A stretch of DNA of 52,971 nucleotides from Candidatus Micrarchaeota archaeon (GTDB taxonomy: Archaea > Micrarchaeota > Micrarchaeia > Micrarchaeales > CABMGC01). Where the stretch lies: positions 1 to 52,971 of the forward strand of contig CAZXIK010000001.1 of assembly GCA_964640735.1 (NCBI GenBank). Reading direction: 5' to 3'. Below are positions 35,362 through 44,328 of this stretch, one piece after another (position 1 is the stretch's first letter; each line of letters opens with the position of its first letter). The notes below the pieces were generated by a model. It made no database searches, was not told the DNA's origin, and saw nothing but the letters and a program-made list of their open reading frames with translations. The translations under genes and the position numbers were made by a program.

Positions 35362-35931
35362 TCACATCATTCTTGACTCCAGCTTCTCCGCTTCCATTAT
35401 GATCTCCTTCGCGGCTTCTTCTGGAGTTTTATTATTAACATCAAGCACAATCTTAAAAGGCTTGAGGTCTTTGCCAAGCTCTATCCCATACATCTTCTTG
35501 TAGAGGGAATAATTCTTCTCGTCCCTCTCCTTCACGACTTTCCTAGCCTTTGGCAACGGCATGCCGTCCCTTTTGGACATCCTTTCCGCCCTGACCTCAA
35601 AATCAGCCTCGAGCCATATCTTTATCCCGTTCCTAGAAAGCCATGGCATCGTGTAGCTCGTTACCACTATGTTGCCCTTGTCAATCTTTGCTATCATTCG
35701 CCTATCCGCCTCCTTGTCGAAATCAGCGTTCTTCTTTCTCTCCTCCAGGAACTTCATCCCCTCCGGAGTGTCCCACCAACCTTCGCCGGTTATTACGTAG
35801 CCGCGCTCTTTCGCCATCTCCTTCAGGATGTCGCCACCTCCTATGGTCTCCATCTTTAGCGACTTGGCTATTTCTATGGCGGTCGTGGTCTTGCCTGCGG
35901 CAGGCATGCCAGAAAGGATTAGCGCTTCCAT
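35362..35931 (-). CDS. cmk: Cytidylate kinase, archaeal type
   Basis: P-loop SGMPAAGKTT, about 190 aa, within the conserved archaeal L34e-cmk-L14e context. Confidence 0.7.
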   Translation of the reverse strand: MEALILSGMPAAGKTTTAIEIAKSLKMETIGGGDILKEMAKERGYVITGEGWWDTPEGMKFLEERKKNADFDKEADRRMIAKIDKGNIVVTSYTMPWLSRNGIKIWLEADFEVRAERMSKRDGMPLPKARKVVKERDEKNYSLYKKMYGIELGKDLKPFKIVLDVNNKTPEEAAKEIIMEAEKLESRMM

Positions 35932-36069
35932 GTTTTTTTTGGTGCGATAAGATTAATATTCCTAGTGGATTTTTCAGGAGAGTAGGTTTCCGGAAAGCGC
36001 CTTTCGTTTATAAAACGAATTAATAAATAGCACAGAATTTCAATAGGTGTGGAAAATAACGGAGATTGA

Positions 36070-36843
36070 ATGCCATTAGCATTTGGAGGAAATTCCAAGA
36101 CAGGCGCCTCGCATGTTGGCCTTGAGGGCGACTCGGGTGTTTTTGAAGATGCTGTCAGACGCAGTCCTGCGAAGTACGGAGGGGCCAGGACGAACTCCGT
36201 TGATCTGAGTTCGGTGGCAACCTCGGTCGCCGGAGGGCTTGGCGCAGGCAGTGGAGCGATCATAACCTGGCTTTTCAGAGAGTGGTGGAGATCCCCAGAC
36301 TTGAAGGTGATGTTTGAAGATGGCAAAATACCCTATAGGCAAGTTTTGCCCAACAGCCTGCCCGAGAATAAGAAAAACAGTACGCTTTGGATTCGTTTCC
36401 AGATCCAAAACCACGGTAGGACCACGGCCACGGGGCTGAAGGTGAGGCTGGTTTCGATAAAGGACCTGGATGACGGAGGAAAGGACGTGAAAGAATACTT
36501 CCCGACCACTCTTGAGTGCATTTCGGGGGACGGTGCAAAAAACTTCCCGCTTGAAAAAGACGATGTTGCGATAATAGGCCTGGTGCACAGAAACAGCGCC
36601 GAACCTGATTTGTTTGAGCTTTCGACGGTGAGAGACGGCCATGCTAATGGAAGAAAGCTCGTCTATGGAGAAGGGCACTACATGTTTCAGGTTAAAATTT
36701 ACGGAGAGGGAATGAACTCGATAGAAAAGAAATTTGAAGTTACAAGCGGCAGGGGCTTCGGAAATCTTCATGTTGAAAAAATGCCTGACCCTAAGATTCC
36801 TTTTGTTGGAAAAATGAAGGATTTTTTCGAACAGCTGTTCTAG
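36070..36843 (+). CDS. Hypothetical protein (one TM-like segment plus a beta-rich domain)
   Basis: 257 aa ORF. The Gly-rich hydrophobic stretch VAGGLGAGSGAIITWLF is followed by a globular region. The equally long antisense ORF (36076..36771) has Arg/Ser-rich junk-like composition. Confidence 0.45.
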   Translation: MPLAFGGNSKTGASHVGLEGDSGVFEDAVRRSPAKYGGARTNSVDLSSVATSVAGGLGAGSGAIITWLFREWWRSPDLKVMFEDGKIPYRQVLPNSLPENKKNSTLWIRFQIQNHGRTTATGLKVRLVSIKDLDDGGKDVKEYFPTTLECISGDGAKNFPLEKDDVAIIGLVHRNSAEPDLFELSTVRDGHANGRKLVYGEGHYMFQVKIYGEGMNSIEKKFEVTSGRGFGNLHVEKMPDPKIPFVGKMKDFFEQLF

Positions 36844-37175
36844 TGGGCAATCATCTGCAGGACGAAGCCCTTCTGCTTCATCCCGATGTCATTGACCCTC
36901 ATCTCCCCATTCTCTATCCTGCTCGCCAGCTTCACGACTTCGGCCGTGCAGCCAGCGCAAAGCACGCCTCCGAAAATCCTAGAATTAGACTTCCTGCTCT
37001 TTCCGTTTGCGCTTTTGCCGATGTTTATGCCGTTGAGCTCGGCCCTGCATATCGCGCAGTGGGGCATGCTCGCCTTTTTCCTCTCATAGTGCATAAGGCG
37101 CCTGCCGCTGGGGCTCACCCTGGCCAGTCTCCTGTAGCTCCTTGAGCGATGCATCGGCTTGGGCAGATCTAGCAC
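36840..37175 (-). CDS. rpl34e: 50S ribosomal protein L34e
   Basis: HRSRSYRRLARVSPSGRR...CAICRAEL...CAGC matches the L34e pattern. The start may be ATG 37154. Confidence 0.8.
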   Translation of the reverse strand: MLDLPKPMHRSRSYRRLARVSPSGRRLMHYERKKASMPHCAICRAELNGINIGKSANGKSRKSNSRIFGGVLCAGCTAEVVKLASRIENGEMRVNDIGMKQKGFVLQMIAH

Positions 37176-37267
37176 CTCGATTTATTCTGTATAATAAGCA
37201 GAATTATGTATTACTTTTTACCTACAACTATTTAAAGCATTTGAGACATCTAGTTAGCTTAGATTTT

Positions 37268-38290
37268 GTGGAGCAGGAAGCACAGCAGGAAATACGAGCG
37301 AAGAAGGAGCCGAACGTGCCGGAAGGCCTAGCCGAAACGATGCAGAAGCAGGGCTATCACTTCGTGGGCGCGCATTCGGCGACAAAGATATGCGGCTACA
37401 CGTCCAGGAGCCTCAGGGGAGGCGATTCCTGCTACAAGCACCAGTTCTACGGGATAACAAGCTACCGCTGCATCCAGGCGACTCCTGCCATCGGCTGCAA
37501 TCTCGCTTGCTCATTCTGCTGGAGGATAATACCTGATGAGGAAGGATACAAGTGGAACGGGATCAACGCGATGAGCAAGTGGGACGATCCGAAGGAGATA
37601 GTCGACGGCTTGGTGGAAGAACACAGGAAAATAATAAGCGGCTACAAAGGGAATGGGAGAGTCACGATTGAGAGATGGAACGAGGCAAACGAACCGGCTC
37701 ATGTCGCACTGAGCCTTACTGGAGAGCCGCTATTCTATCCCAAGATGAACGAATTGATCCGGGAGTTCCACAGCAGGGGAATAAGCACCTTCCTCGTGAC
37801 CAATGGCACGATGGCAAACGCGCTCAAGAACCTGGCCGTGCTGCCTACCCAGCTTTATGTTTCCGTACAGGCCCCGAACAAGGAGGTATACGGCAAAACG
37901 GTGAGGCCAAAGAACCTGAATGCCACCTGGGACAACTTTATCAACTTCCTGCAGGTGTTTTCCATGAAGAACACTAGGAGGGTCTTCAGACTCACTCTTG
38001 TCAAGGGCCTCAATATGACAGATGCGGAAGGTTATGCTGAACTCATCAAAATAGGAAAGCCCCACTACGTTGAAGTCAAGGGCTTCGTGTTTGTCGGAGG
38101 GGCCAGAAATCCAAAGAGGGGCCTCGAATACACGCAGATGCCAAGAAAGCAGGAGATAATTGATTTCGCGAACGGGATTGCCAGAGAGTGCGGCTATTTC
38201 ATCGCAGACTACCATGGGAGCAGCAACGTGGCGCTGCTATGCCATGATGAAGAAGCTGCCAAAAACAGGCTGATACGCTTTGAAAAGTGA
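37268..38290 (+). CDS. taw1: tRNA 4-demethylwyosine synthase (Taw1/TYW1, radical SAM)
   Basis: HSATKICGYTSRSL...CYKHQFYGITSYRCIQATP..GCNLACSFCWR (CxxxCxxC). The start is set at GTG 37268, because the first 42 codons of the ORF-track call overlap L34e and the promoter region. Confidence 0.85.
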   Translation: MEQEAQQEIRAKKEPNVPEGLAETMQKQGYHFVGAHSATKICGYTSRSLRGGDSCYKHQFYGITSYRCIQATPAIGCNLACSFCWRIIPDEEGYKWNGINAMSKWDDPKEIVDGLVEEHRKIISGYKGNGRVTIERWNEANEPAHVALSLTGEPLFYPKMNELIREFHSRGISTFLVTNGTMANALKNLAVLPTQLYVSVQAPNKEVYGKTVRPKNLNATWDNFINFLQVFSMKNTRRVFRLTLVKGLNMTDAEGYAELIKIGKPHYVEVKGFVFVGGARNPKRGLEYTQMPRKQEIIDFANGIARECGYFIADYHGSSNVALLCHDEEAAKNRLIRFEK

Positions 38291-38296
38291 TTTTTC

Positions 38297-38764
38297 CTAG
38301 GCGCTGACTGCGTTCTGCATCTTTTTGCTTTGAGCCAGAAGCCTCTTGTCCCTGGCCATCAAAACCATCGAAATCACCAGACCTACAACGAACGTCACCA
38401 GGATGAAATAGGAAGTGTCGGTGAAGTTCATAGAAAACACCGAAACGACTGGCTTCCCAGGGAAAAGCGAGGGGAAGATGACATAGAAGAGAAGTGCAAA
38501 AACCGGAAGGATTACCAGCATGGGCTTGAAGCTCGAGCGCATGCTTGCCGAGAGCAGGCTTGATATCTCCTTCTGCTTCTGCAGAAGCACCTCTTCGCTC
38601 GCCTTGCTCTTGACCAGCTCATTCAGCTGTTTTGATTTCTCCTTTATCGCGTCCTGCATTTCGTACATTGTGATTGAGTTTACAAGCTTGCGCTGGATTG
38701 AAACGGCGAAAACAGAATAGGCCACAGCGACAATCGTAAGCCAGGTTAGCAACTCCATTACCAA
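38297..38764 (-). CDS. DUF106/EMC3/YidC-like (Oxa1-superfamily) membrane protein
   Basis: 155 aa with a TM, coiled-coil, TM-TM layout. It lies directly downstream of adkA, as in the conserved archaeal secY-adk-DUF106 arrangement. Confidence 0.6.
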   Translation of the reverse strand: MVMELLTWLTIVAVAYSVFAVSIQRKLVNSITMYEMQDAIKEKSKQLNELVKSKASEEVLLQKQKEISSLLSASMRSSFKPMLVILPVFALLFYVIFPSLFPGKPVVSVFSMNFTDTSYFILVTFVVGLVISMVLMARDKRLLAQSKKMQNAVSA

Positions 38765-39334
38765 TCACTTCTTCCCTTTGAGTATCTCTAGGACGCGCCC
38801 CCTAGTCGCCTCCACCATATTATGTGGATTTTCTACTATATAAATTGGCACTTCCATTCTGATTGCATAGACTGCAAGGCACGCCAGGTTTAGGTTCCTG
38901 TGCCTGCTTAGCGTCTCCTCCGTGTCCTTCTGCCTGTTCCTCCCCTTGTCCCTCTCACGCCTTTCCAGTATCTCCTTGTTGGGGGCATCGATGTATACTA
39001 TACCCGCTGCCTTGCCCTTTAGCGTGTCCAGGTCATCCAGAGAGAGCCCGATTTCGTACGCGTCGCCTTTCTTGACAGTCACATGGGTGTCAATCGCCAC
39101 GGTTCCCTGCATCTCTCCAGCCTTCTTGAGAACGTCATGCCTTGTCTTCACCATAAATTCGTAGTTTTCGAGGGATTTGGCACGTATCTCGTCCCTGTCA
39201 GTTATCCCGAACCTCTCAGAAAATACCCTGAACATCTCGTTTCCGATGTTGATTACCTTTACCGATGTGATGCCGCTCAGAACCGTGGTTTTGCCAGAGC
39301 CTTCTGTGCCGAACACGAAAAATAGTCTGGACAT
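38765..39334 (-). CDS. adkA: Adenylate kinase, archaeal type
   Basis: P-loop GTEGSGKTT. AIDTHVTVK, length and context fit AdkA. Confidence 0.75.
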   Translation of the reverse strand: MSRLFFVFGTEGSGKTTVLSGITSVKVINIGNEMFRVFSERFGITDRDEIRAKSLENYEFMVKTRHDVLKKAGEMQGTVAIDTHVTVKKGDAYEIGLSLDDLDTLKGKAAGIVYIDAPNKEILERRERDKGRNRQKDTEETLSRHRNLNLACLAVYAIRMEVPIYIVENPHNMVEATRGRVLEILKGKK

Positions 39335-39374
39335 TTTAGCACATTATGATTGCATCAACCGCGGCATAAAAGCT

Positions 39375-40709
39375 TCAGCGGACCTCTATCGGAGTAAGGT
39401 CTCCGTTGAACATGTTGGCCACTAGTTTGAGCATACCATTTTCATCTGGTTGGAGGGGACTGTTGGTCCTTTTGTACAGAGGGCCGAGCACTTCCTTGGC
39501 GAACGCGGGCAGATCTGCTTCGGCTATGCCAGCCTCATTCAGCGTTGAAGGAAGATTCATGTGTTTTAGCATCTCAACTACCTTCTCTGCCATCTCCCTT
39601 CCAAGCTCCACGTTCGTTTTAGGGAGTTCACGGCTGGATCCCATCGGATGCGCGGGATCACCCCGAAAGATTTGATGGTTTTCATGATACGGGTTAATGC
39701 CGTAGGCTTCAGCAAGAGGCTTCAGCCTGTCGAAAGTCGTTATTGCAGAATAATTTGAAAGTATATAAGGCAGCGCCACGCCGACCGAAACCCCGTGGGG
39801 GAGCGGCTTCCTTTCTATTATCACATAGCCGAAGGTATGGCCGTAGACCTGCTTTGCCTGGAGGGCTATTCCGCCCATGAGTGCCCCAACACTCATTGCT
39901 TCTCTTGCTTCCTTGTCGCTTCCGTTGTCGTATGCTTTTTCGATATTGGGCACTATGTGCCTTATGCCGTACAGCGCAGCTTTGTCTGTTGCACCGTTCG
40001 CAAGCGCTGAAAAATAGGCTTCAGTGTTGTGGCACAAGGCGTCGATTCCTGTTGCCGCGGTGACAGATTTTGGCATTGTCATCGTCAGCTCAGGGTCGAC
40101 TATGGCTCTTTTCGGGATCAGCAAGGGGCTGTTGATCCACTGCTTGCGCCCATCCGCGGTCACCATCGAGGTCACAGTGAGGTACGCTCCCGTACCTGCA
40201 GTTGTGTCGATCAATATAGTAGGCAATGAATCGGCAGTGAATTTGTTATTCCCTATGTAGCTCCTAACGTCCCCGGCATTGGTAGCCATCGCAGCAGTTA
40301 CCTTCCCTATGTCCTGCGGACTCCCTCCGCCTACAGCAATCACAAGGTCGTATTTGCCGCTTCTTACTTTGTCTGCTGCAAGCTGGTATATTTCAAGCCT
40401 GGGCTCAGGCTGCACCTGGTCGAAAACATCGGATTTAACGTTGCGCAGCTGTGCAGCGACCTTGGCGACTGCTCCGGTCTTCACCATCACGGAATCGGTC
40501 ACTATGAGCACGTTCGTTCCGCCGAGCTCTTCTACAATCGAATCCAGTTTGCTTAGAGCGCCGAAACCGAACTCGAACTTGGTACGGACATTAAGCTCTT
40601 TGTTGAGCAGATCTTGGTAAAGCGCAAGGTCCGCGGTTCCGCGCTTCACGGCAGCAAACGAGCCAGCATCTCCTTTTTCTTTGTTTCCGGTCGCGCTCAT
40701 ATTCTTCAC
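39375..40709 (-). CDS. Iron-containing (group III) alcohol dehydrogenase
   Basis: GGGSPQDIGK, the D...H...H metal-ligand pattern (IDALCHNTEAY, GHTFGY) and the fold-typical length. Confidence 0.8.
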   Translation of the reverse strand: MKNMSATGNKEKGDAGSFAAVKRGTADLALYQDLLNKELNVRTKFEFGFGALSKLDSIVEELGGTNVLIVTDSVMVKTGAVAKVAAQLRNVKSDVFDQVQPEPRLEIYQLAADKVRSGKYDLVIAVGGGSPQDIGKVTAAMATNAGDVRSYIGNNKFTADSLPTILIDTTAGTGAYLTVTSMVTADGRKQWINSPLLIPKRAIVDPELTMTMPKSVTAATGIDALCHNTEAYFSALANGATDKAALYGIRHIVPNIEKAYDNGSDKEAREAMSVGALMGGIALQAKQVYGHTFGYVIIERKPLPHGVSVGVALPYILSNYSAITTFDRLKPLAEAYGINPYHENHQIFRGDPAHPMGSSRELPKTNVELGREMAEKVVEMLKHMNLPSTLNEAGIAEADLPAFAKEVLGPLYKRTNSPLQPDENGMLKLVANMFNGDLTPIEVR

Positions 40710-40861
40710 TTTTTGTTCCTTCTCAGGGAGCTTAGTTCTGTGATAAGTTCAGGACTAGTCATCCTTCCGGGAAGCAGGAACCATGATATTGCGTCGTAGG
40801 CTCGGTTTCTTCTGAGCCTGAGCTCTCTTTCTATCTTCCCTATCTTCTGGAATCTGTCCAT
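40706..40861 (-). CDS. Small hypothetical protein (51 aa)
   Basis: ATG 40861 (MDRFQKIGKIEREL...). Its stop overlaps the ADH start by 4 nt. The longer ORF-track version runs into the thermosome 3' end. Confidence 0.25.
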   Translation of the reverse strand: MDRFQKIGKIERELRLRRNRAYDAISWFLLPGRMTSPELITELSSLRRNKK

Positions 40862-40946
40862 GGTTAGCCTTGGGTTGACCGCAATATAAACGTTGGCGTT
40901 AGAAACGCTCTCGGTTAGGACGCTGCAGGACTTCGGGGTTTGGGGG

Positions 40947-42605
40947 CTAATCCGATTCTCCCATTCCGCCGCCGGGCATGCCGCCAGGTGCACCGCCCCC
41001 TATAGGAGACTTGCCCTTGGAGCTGATCATGTCGTCAATCCTGAGAATCTGGACGCTGCACTCCGTGGCGCTCGAAATGGCCTGCTGCTTTATCTTGACC
41101 GGCTCTATGACTCCGAGCTTGTCCATGTCTCCTATCACGCCCTTGTGGACGTCAACGCCGCTGGCCCTGCCCTCTCTGCCCTTCATCTTGCTCCTGAGCT
41201 GGACTATCGTGTCTATTGCATCCATGCCTGCGCTGTCTGCGAGCGTCTTCGGGATCGCCTCAAGCGCGTCTCCGAAAGCCTGGATCGCCAGCTGCTCCCT
41301 TCCGCCCACGTTGTTGGCATACTCCCTCAAGCCTTTCGCCACGAATTCCTCTGCGCTGCCTCCTCCATAAACATACCTTCCGACTTCCAGGGAGCTTGTC
41401 AGAGCGCCGAGTTGGTCGGTTATTGCGCGCTCGGTTTCATCGACAACTTGCTTTGTTCCGCCGCGCACGAATATCGTAACGCTCTTGGGGTCCTTGCACT
41501 TCTCGGCGAAGACCATCTGCTCCCCTGACATCTTCCTTTCCTCGACCAGGCCTGCAAATCCGAGGTCCTTCGAAGTCAGATCGTCGAGGCTTGTGACCAG
41601 CTTTGCGCCGGTTGCCTTTGCAAGCTTCTCCATGTCGCTCTTCTTTACCCTTCTCACTGCCATGATTCCTGCTTTTGCCAGATAGTGCTGCGCGACATCA
41701 TCTATGCCCTTCTGAACGAAGAGCATGTTTGCACCGCTCTTTGATGCCTTGTCGACCATGCCCTTGAGCATCTTTTCCTCCTGCTGCAGGAACGATTGCA
41801 TCTGCTCAGGCGAAGTGATCTCGATCCTGGCGTCCGTCTCGGTCTTCTCTATCTCCAATGCCACGTCAAGCAGAGCTATCTTTGCGTTCTTGAATGACTT
41901 CGGCATTCCTGGATGGGCGATCTCCTTGTCGATAAGCACGCCGTTAATGTACTGCGTGTCCTCGACCGATCCCCCTTCCTTCTTTTCAAGCTTGATGAAG
42001 TCCTTGTCGATTACGACCTTGTCTCCCTTCGTCTCAGCCACCTGCTTTATAGCCTGTATCGACAGCTTGGACAGGTACTTCCTCGTCGAATCGTTGCCGA
42101 TGTTCTTGGAGCCCACCGAGACCAACGCTATCTTTTCAAGCTTCTCGTCATCCTTGAGCAGCACGGGGTCGGAGCATTCTATGAGAAGCTCCTTTGACTT
42201 CTGGGCGGCCATGTCGTAGCCCTTGATTATCGTGTTTGGGTTTATGCCCTTCTCGATCAGGTCGCCGGCATTCTTCAGAAGTTCGCCTGCGATTATGACT
42301 GCGGTTGTGGTGCCGTCTCCAACTTCTTTGTCCTGGTTCTTCGCAATCTCGACCATGAGCTTCGCGACAGGATGCTCGACGTTCATCTCCTCGAGTATCG
42401 AGGCGCCGTCATTCGTTATCGTTATGTCTCCAAGCTCGCTGACCAGCATCTTGTCCATGCCTTTGGGTCCGAGCGTGCTCCTTATGATTGTAGAAACAGC
42501 ATAGCCGACCGCTATGTTCGTTCTCTGCGCTTCCCTTCCTATGATCCTCGATGCCCCCTCAGGGAGTATCACATACTGTTGTCCTCCAAGTTGGTTTTCA
42601 GCCAT
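40947..42605 (-). CDS. ths: Thermosome subunit (group II chaperonin)
   Basis: LGPKGMDKM, VGDGTTTAV, VRGGT and VYGGGSAE, with a C-terminal GGMPGGGMG tail. Confidence 0.95.
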   Translation of the reverse strand: MAENQLGGQQYVILPEGASRIIGREAQRTNIAVGYAVSTIIRSTLGPKGMDKMLVSELGDITITNDGASILEEMNVEHPVAKLMVEIAKNQDKEVGDGTTTAVIIAGELLKNAGDLIEKGINPNTIIKGYDMAAQKSKELLIECSDPVLLKDDEKLEKIALVSVGSKNIGNDSTRKYLSKLSIQAIKQVAETKGDKVVIDKDFIKLEKKEGGSVEDTQYINGVLIDKEIAHPGMPKSFKNAKIALLDVALEIEKTETDARIEITSPEQMQSFLQQEEKMLKGMVDKASKSGANMLFVQKGIDDVAQHYLAKAGIMAVRRVKKSDMEKLAKATGAKLVTSLDDLTSKDLGFAGLVEERKMSGEQMVFAEKCKDPKSVTIFVRGGTKQVVDETERAITDQLGALTSSLEVGRYVYGGGSAEEFVAKGLREYANNVGGREQLAIQAFGDALEAIPKTLADSAGMDAIDTIVQLRSKMKGREGRASGVDVHKGVIGDMDKLGVIEPVKIKQQAISSATECSVQILRIDDMISSKGKSPIGGGAPGGMPGGGMGESD

Positions 42606-42652
42606 TAGTTCACCTATTTTAGTAGAATTTCCCCCTTAACTGCCTAGAAATG

Positions 42653-42679
42653 GATTGTATTTTTTATGGGTATACAATC
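42653..42679. promoter_or_regulatory. Perfect 8-bp inverted repeat bracketing an A/T-rich (TATA-like) core upstream of the thermosome gene
   Basis: GATTGTAT-TTTTTATGGGT-ATACAATC lies 48-74 nt upstream of the thermosome ATG (42605). Confidence 0.3.
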
Positions 42680-42732
42680 ATACTTTTGGCAGGAAAACGT
42701 ATTTATGCCTTTCGTGACTACGCGGGTTGAAC

Positions 42733-43047
42733 TCATTCGGGGGCGGCTTTGCTAGCCGAAATCGCCATTTCGGACTTGACAAGCCATGCTCCTGCCGTTC
42801 CGAGGCAGCTCCAAGAGAACCCGAGCCAAAGCTTTTCAGCGAGATTGAATGCGGTGTATGGCTCAAGGGCGATTACTCCTGCAGCCGTTCCTCCCATGAC
42901 GAGAACTATCGAGGCGGCTCCGAGATCGCTTAGTCCGCTTCTCTTGGAATTTTTGAGCGATTTAATGCCGATGCAAGCTCCCCTCAATGCGGACTTGGCT
43001 GCAGAACCTAAATCATCAATTCTTGATGCTGATTCTTCCTTCTCCAT
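42733..43047 (-). CDS. Small Gly/Ala-rich membrane protein (hypothetical)
   Basis: It is co-directional with its neighbours. Hydrophobic stretches are LGAASIVLVMGGTAAGVIAL and WLGFSWSCLGTAGAWLV. A competing plus-strand ORF (42749..43084) looks less protein-like. Confidence 0.35.
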   Translation of the reverse strand: MEKEESASRIDDLGSAAKSALRGACIGIKSLKNSKRSGLSDLGAASIVLVMGGTAAGVIALEPYTAFNLAEKLWLGFSWSCLGTAGAWLVKSEMAISASKAAPE

Positions 43048-43119
43048 TATTTCACGGGAAGGCTTCTCTGAATCGCTTAATTAATCTTGACATTATTTGT
43101 GTTATGCGGGAAATCGGCG

Positions 43120-43653
43120 CTAACTGAGGGGCTTTCCGCAGTGGGAGCATGATTTTGACGATGCGGGATTCTTCGTGTCGCATTGAGTGCAGAAAACGTA
43201 CGCACCGACTTTTGAATCAGGATAGTCGGCAGATTTCGGATCGGGAACTGATGAGTCACTGCTGAACGCATCCATCTTTTTGTTTATCAAGTTAGCCAAT
43301 GCTGCGGCTGCGCTCTGGCTAAGGCCATCTACCTCGCCCTCCTGTTTGCCGTTCGGAAGCAGGCCCTTGTCATTGTCGAAGCCCTGTATCCTTATGAAGA
43401 CCGAGGACGCCACAACGCCGTTTACAAGCCTGACGCTCGTTATGTGCCTGTAAGGTATGACCTCGAAGTCCTGCCTGATCCCGAGATTCACCCTGTTCAG
43501 CACTATGATGCGTTTGTCCGTGGCTATTACTGAAGTGGGGGTGATAAGCGAGCCGCCCGGGCCTATTCTTCGCTGCCTTACGGTCATCTCCACTTTCTCG
43601 TCTGGCCAGAGGATCTTGTTTACAGCCTTCACGTCACCGGCATCTATCGCCAT
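43120..43653 (-). CDS. bPH-domain protein with C-terminal zinc ribbon (paralog of 2497..3000)
   Basis: KILWPDEKV...VIATDKRIIVLNR...YRHITSVRL is followed by EGEVDGLSQ and CTQCDTKN...CSHCG. The order of blocks matches 2497..3000. Confidence 0.55.
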   Translation of the reverse strand: MAIDAGDVKAVNKILWPDEKVEMTVRQRRIGPGGSLITPTSVIATDKRIIVLNRVNLGIRQDFEVIPYRHITSVRLVNGVVASSVFIRIQGFDNDKGLLPNGKQEGEVDGLSQSAAAALANLINKKMDAFSSDSSVPDPKSADYPDSKVGAYVFCTQCDTKNPASSKSCSHCGKPLS

Positions 43654-43698
43654 GAGAATATCTTGGTGTGGAAAGGATTTAAGGGTTTGGAACAGCCC

Positions 43699-44262
43699 TT
43701 ACCGCTCTCTTTTTGCCGGCAGATCCGCCTTCACTATTCCGTCTATCTGCGGGTCGAAACCGAGATAGTCAAGCTTGAGGTCGTCGTTCATGATTTCCAT
43801 GAAAGCTAGGCCGGGCTTGTTTTTCTCGTAGGGCAGGTTCTGGTGGGTGGCAATTACCTCGATCGTCCTTGTATTGCCGTTTGCGCTAAGCGTGAGCCTG
43901 AGCGGAGGCGAGAATATTTCCACGTCGTCGTTCAGCAAAGTTCTGGCTGTGACAATCATGATGTCGCTGTGGCTCTTTGCGACTTCCAAAGTGCCATCTT
44001 CTGCAATCGCCATTTCGAAAAAGCCAATTTGGTTCATGGAAGCAGGTTCCTGAAGATGCTCATACAGAGCCACTTTCAGCGGTTCGCTCGTGTCTTTTCT
44101 TCCCAATACCGCTGAGATTTCACGCATGGGCTCTGATTGCCCAGCGTAATCGAAGGCCTTGACCACTATCGCGGATGCATCCTCTGGAATTCCGCTTTGC
44201 CTTATCAAAACAGAAATCACCTTTTGGTCATTCGTTACCGTGAGTTGTTGTTTTTCTGACAT
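43699..44262 (-). CDS. Hypothetical protein
   Basis: 187 aa soluble ORF immediately downstream of aglB on the same strand. No family recognised. Confidence 0.45.
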   Translation of the reverse strand: MSEKQQLTVTNDQKVISVLIRQSGIPEDASAIVVKAFDYAGQSEPMREISAVLGRKDTSEPLKVALYEHLQEPASMNQIGFFEMAIAEDGTLEVAKSHSDIMIVTARTLLNDDVEIFSPPLRLTLSANGNTRTIEVIATHQNLPYEKNKPGLAFMEIMNDDLKLDYLGFDPQIDGIVKADLPAKRER

Positions 44263-44328
44263 TTTAGCAGTATTGATATATTACAGTACCTTAAAAACTT
44301 TGCTCGCGATTCGTTCACAGGTGCTTGC

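Noticed and set aside
36076-36771. 231 aa minus-strand ORF, almost coextensive with 36070..36843 (+)
   Set aside because: The translation is Arg/Ser/Cys-rich and irregular, while the plus-strand product looks like a folded beta-rich domain. The strand choice remains only moderately certain.
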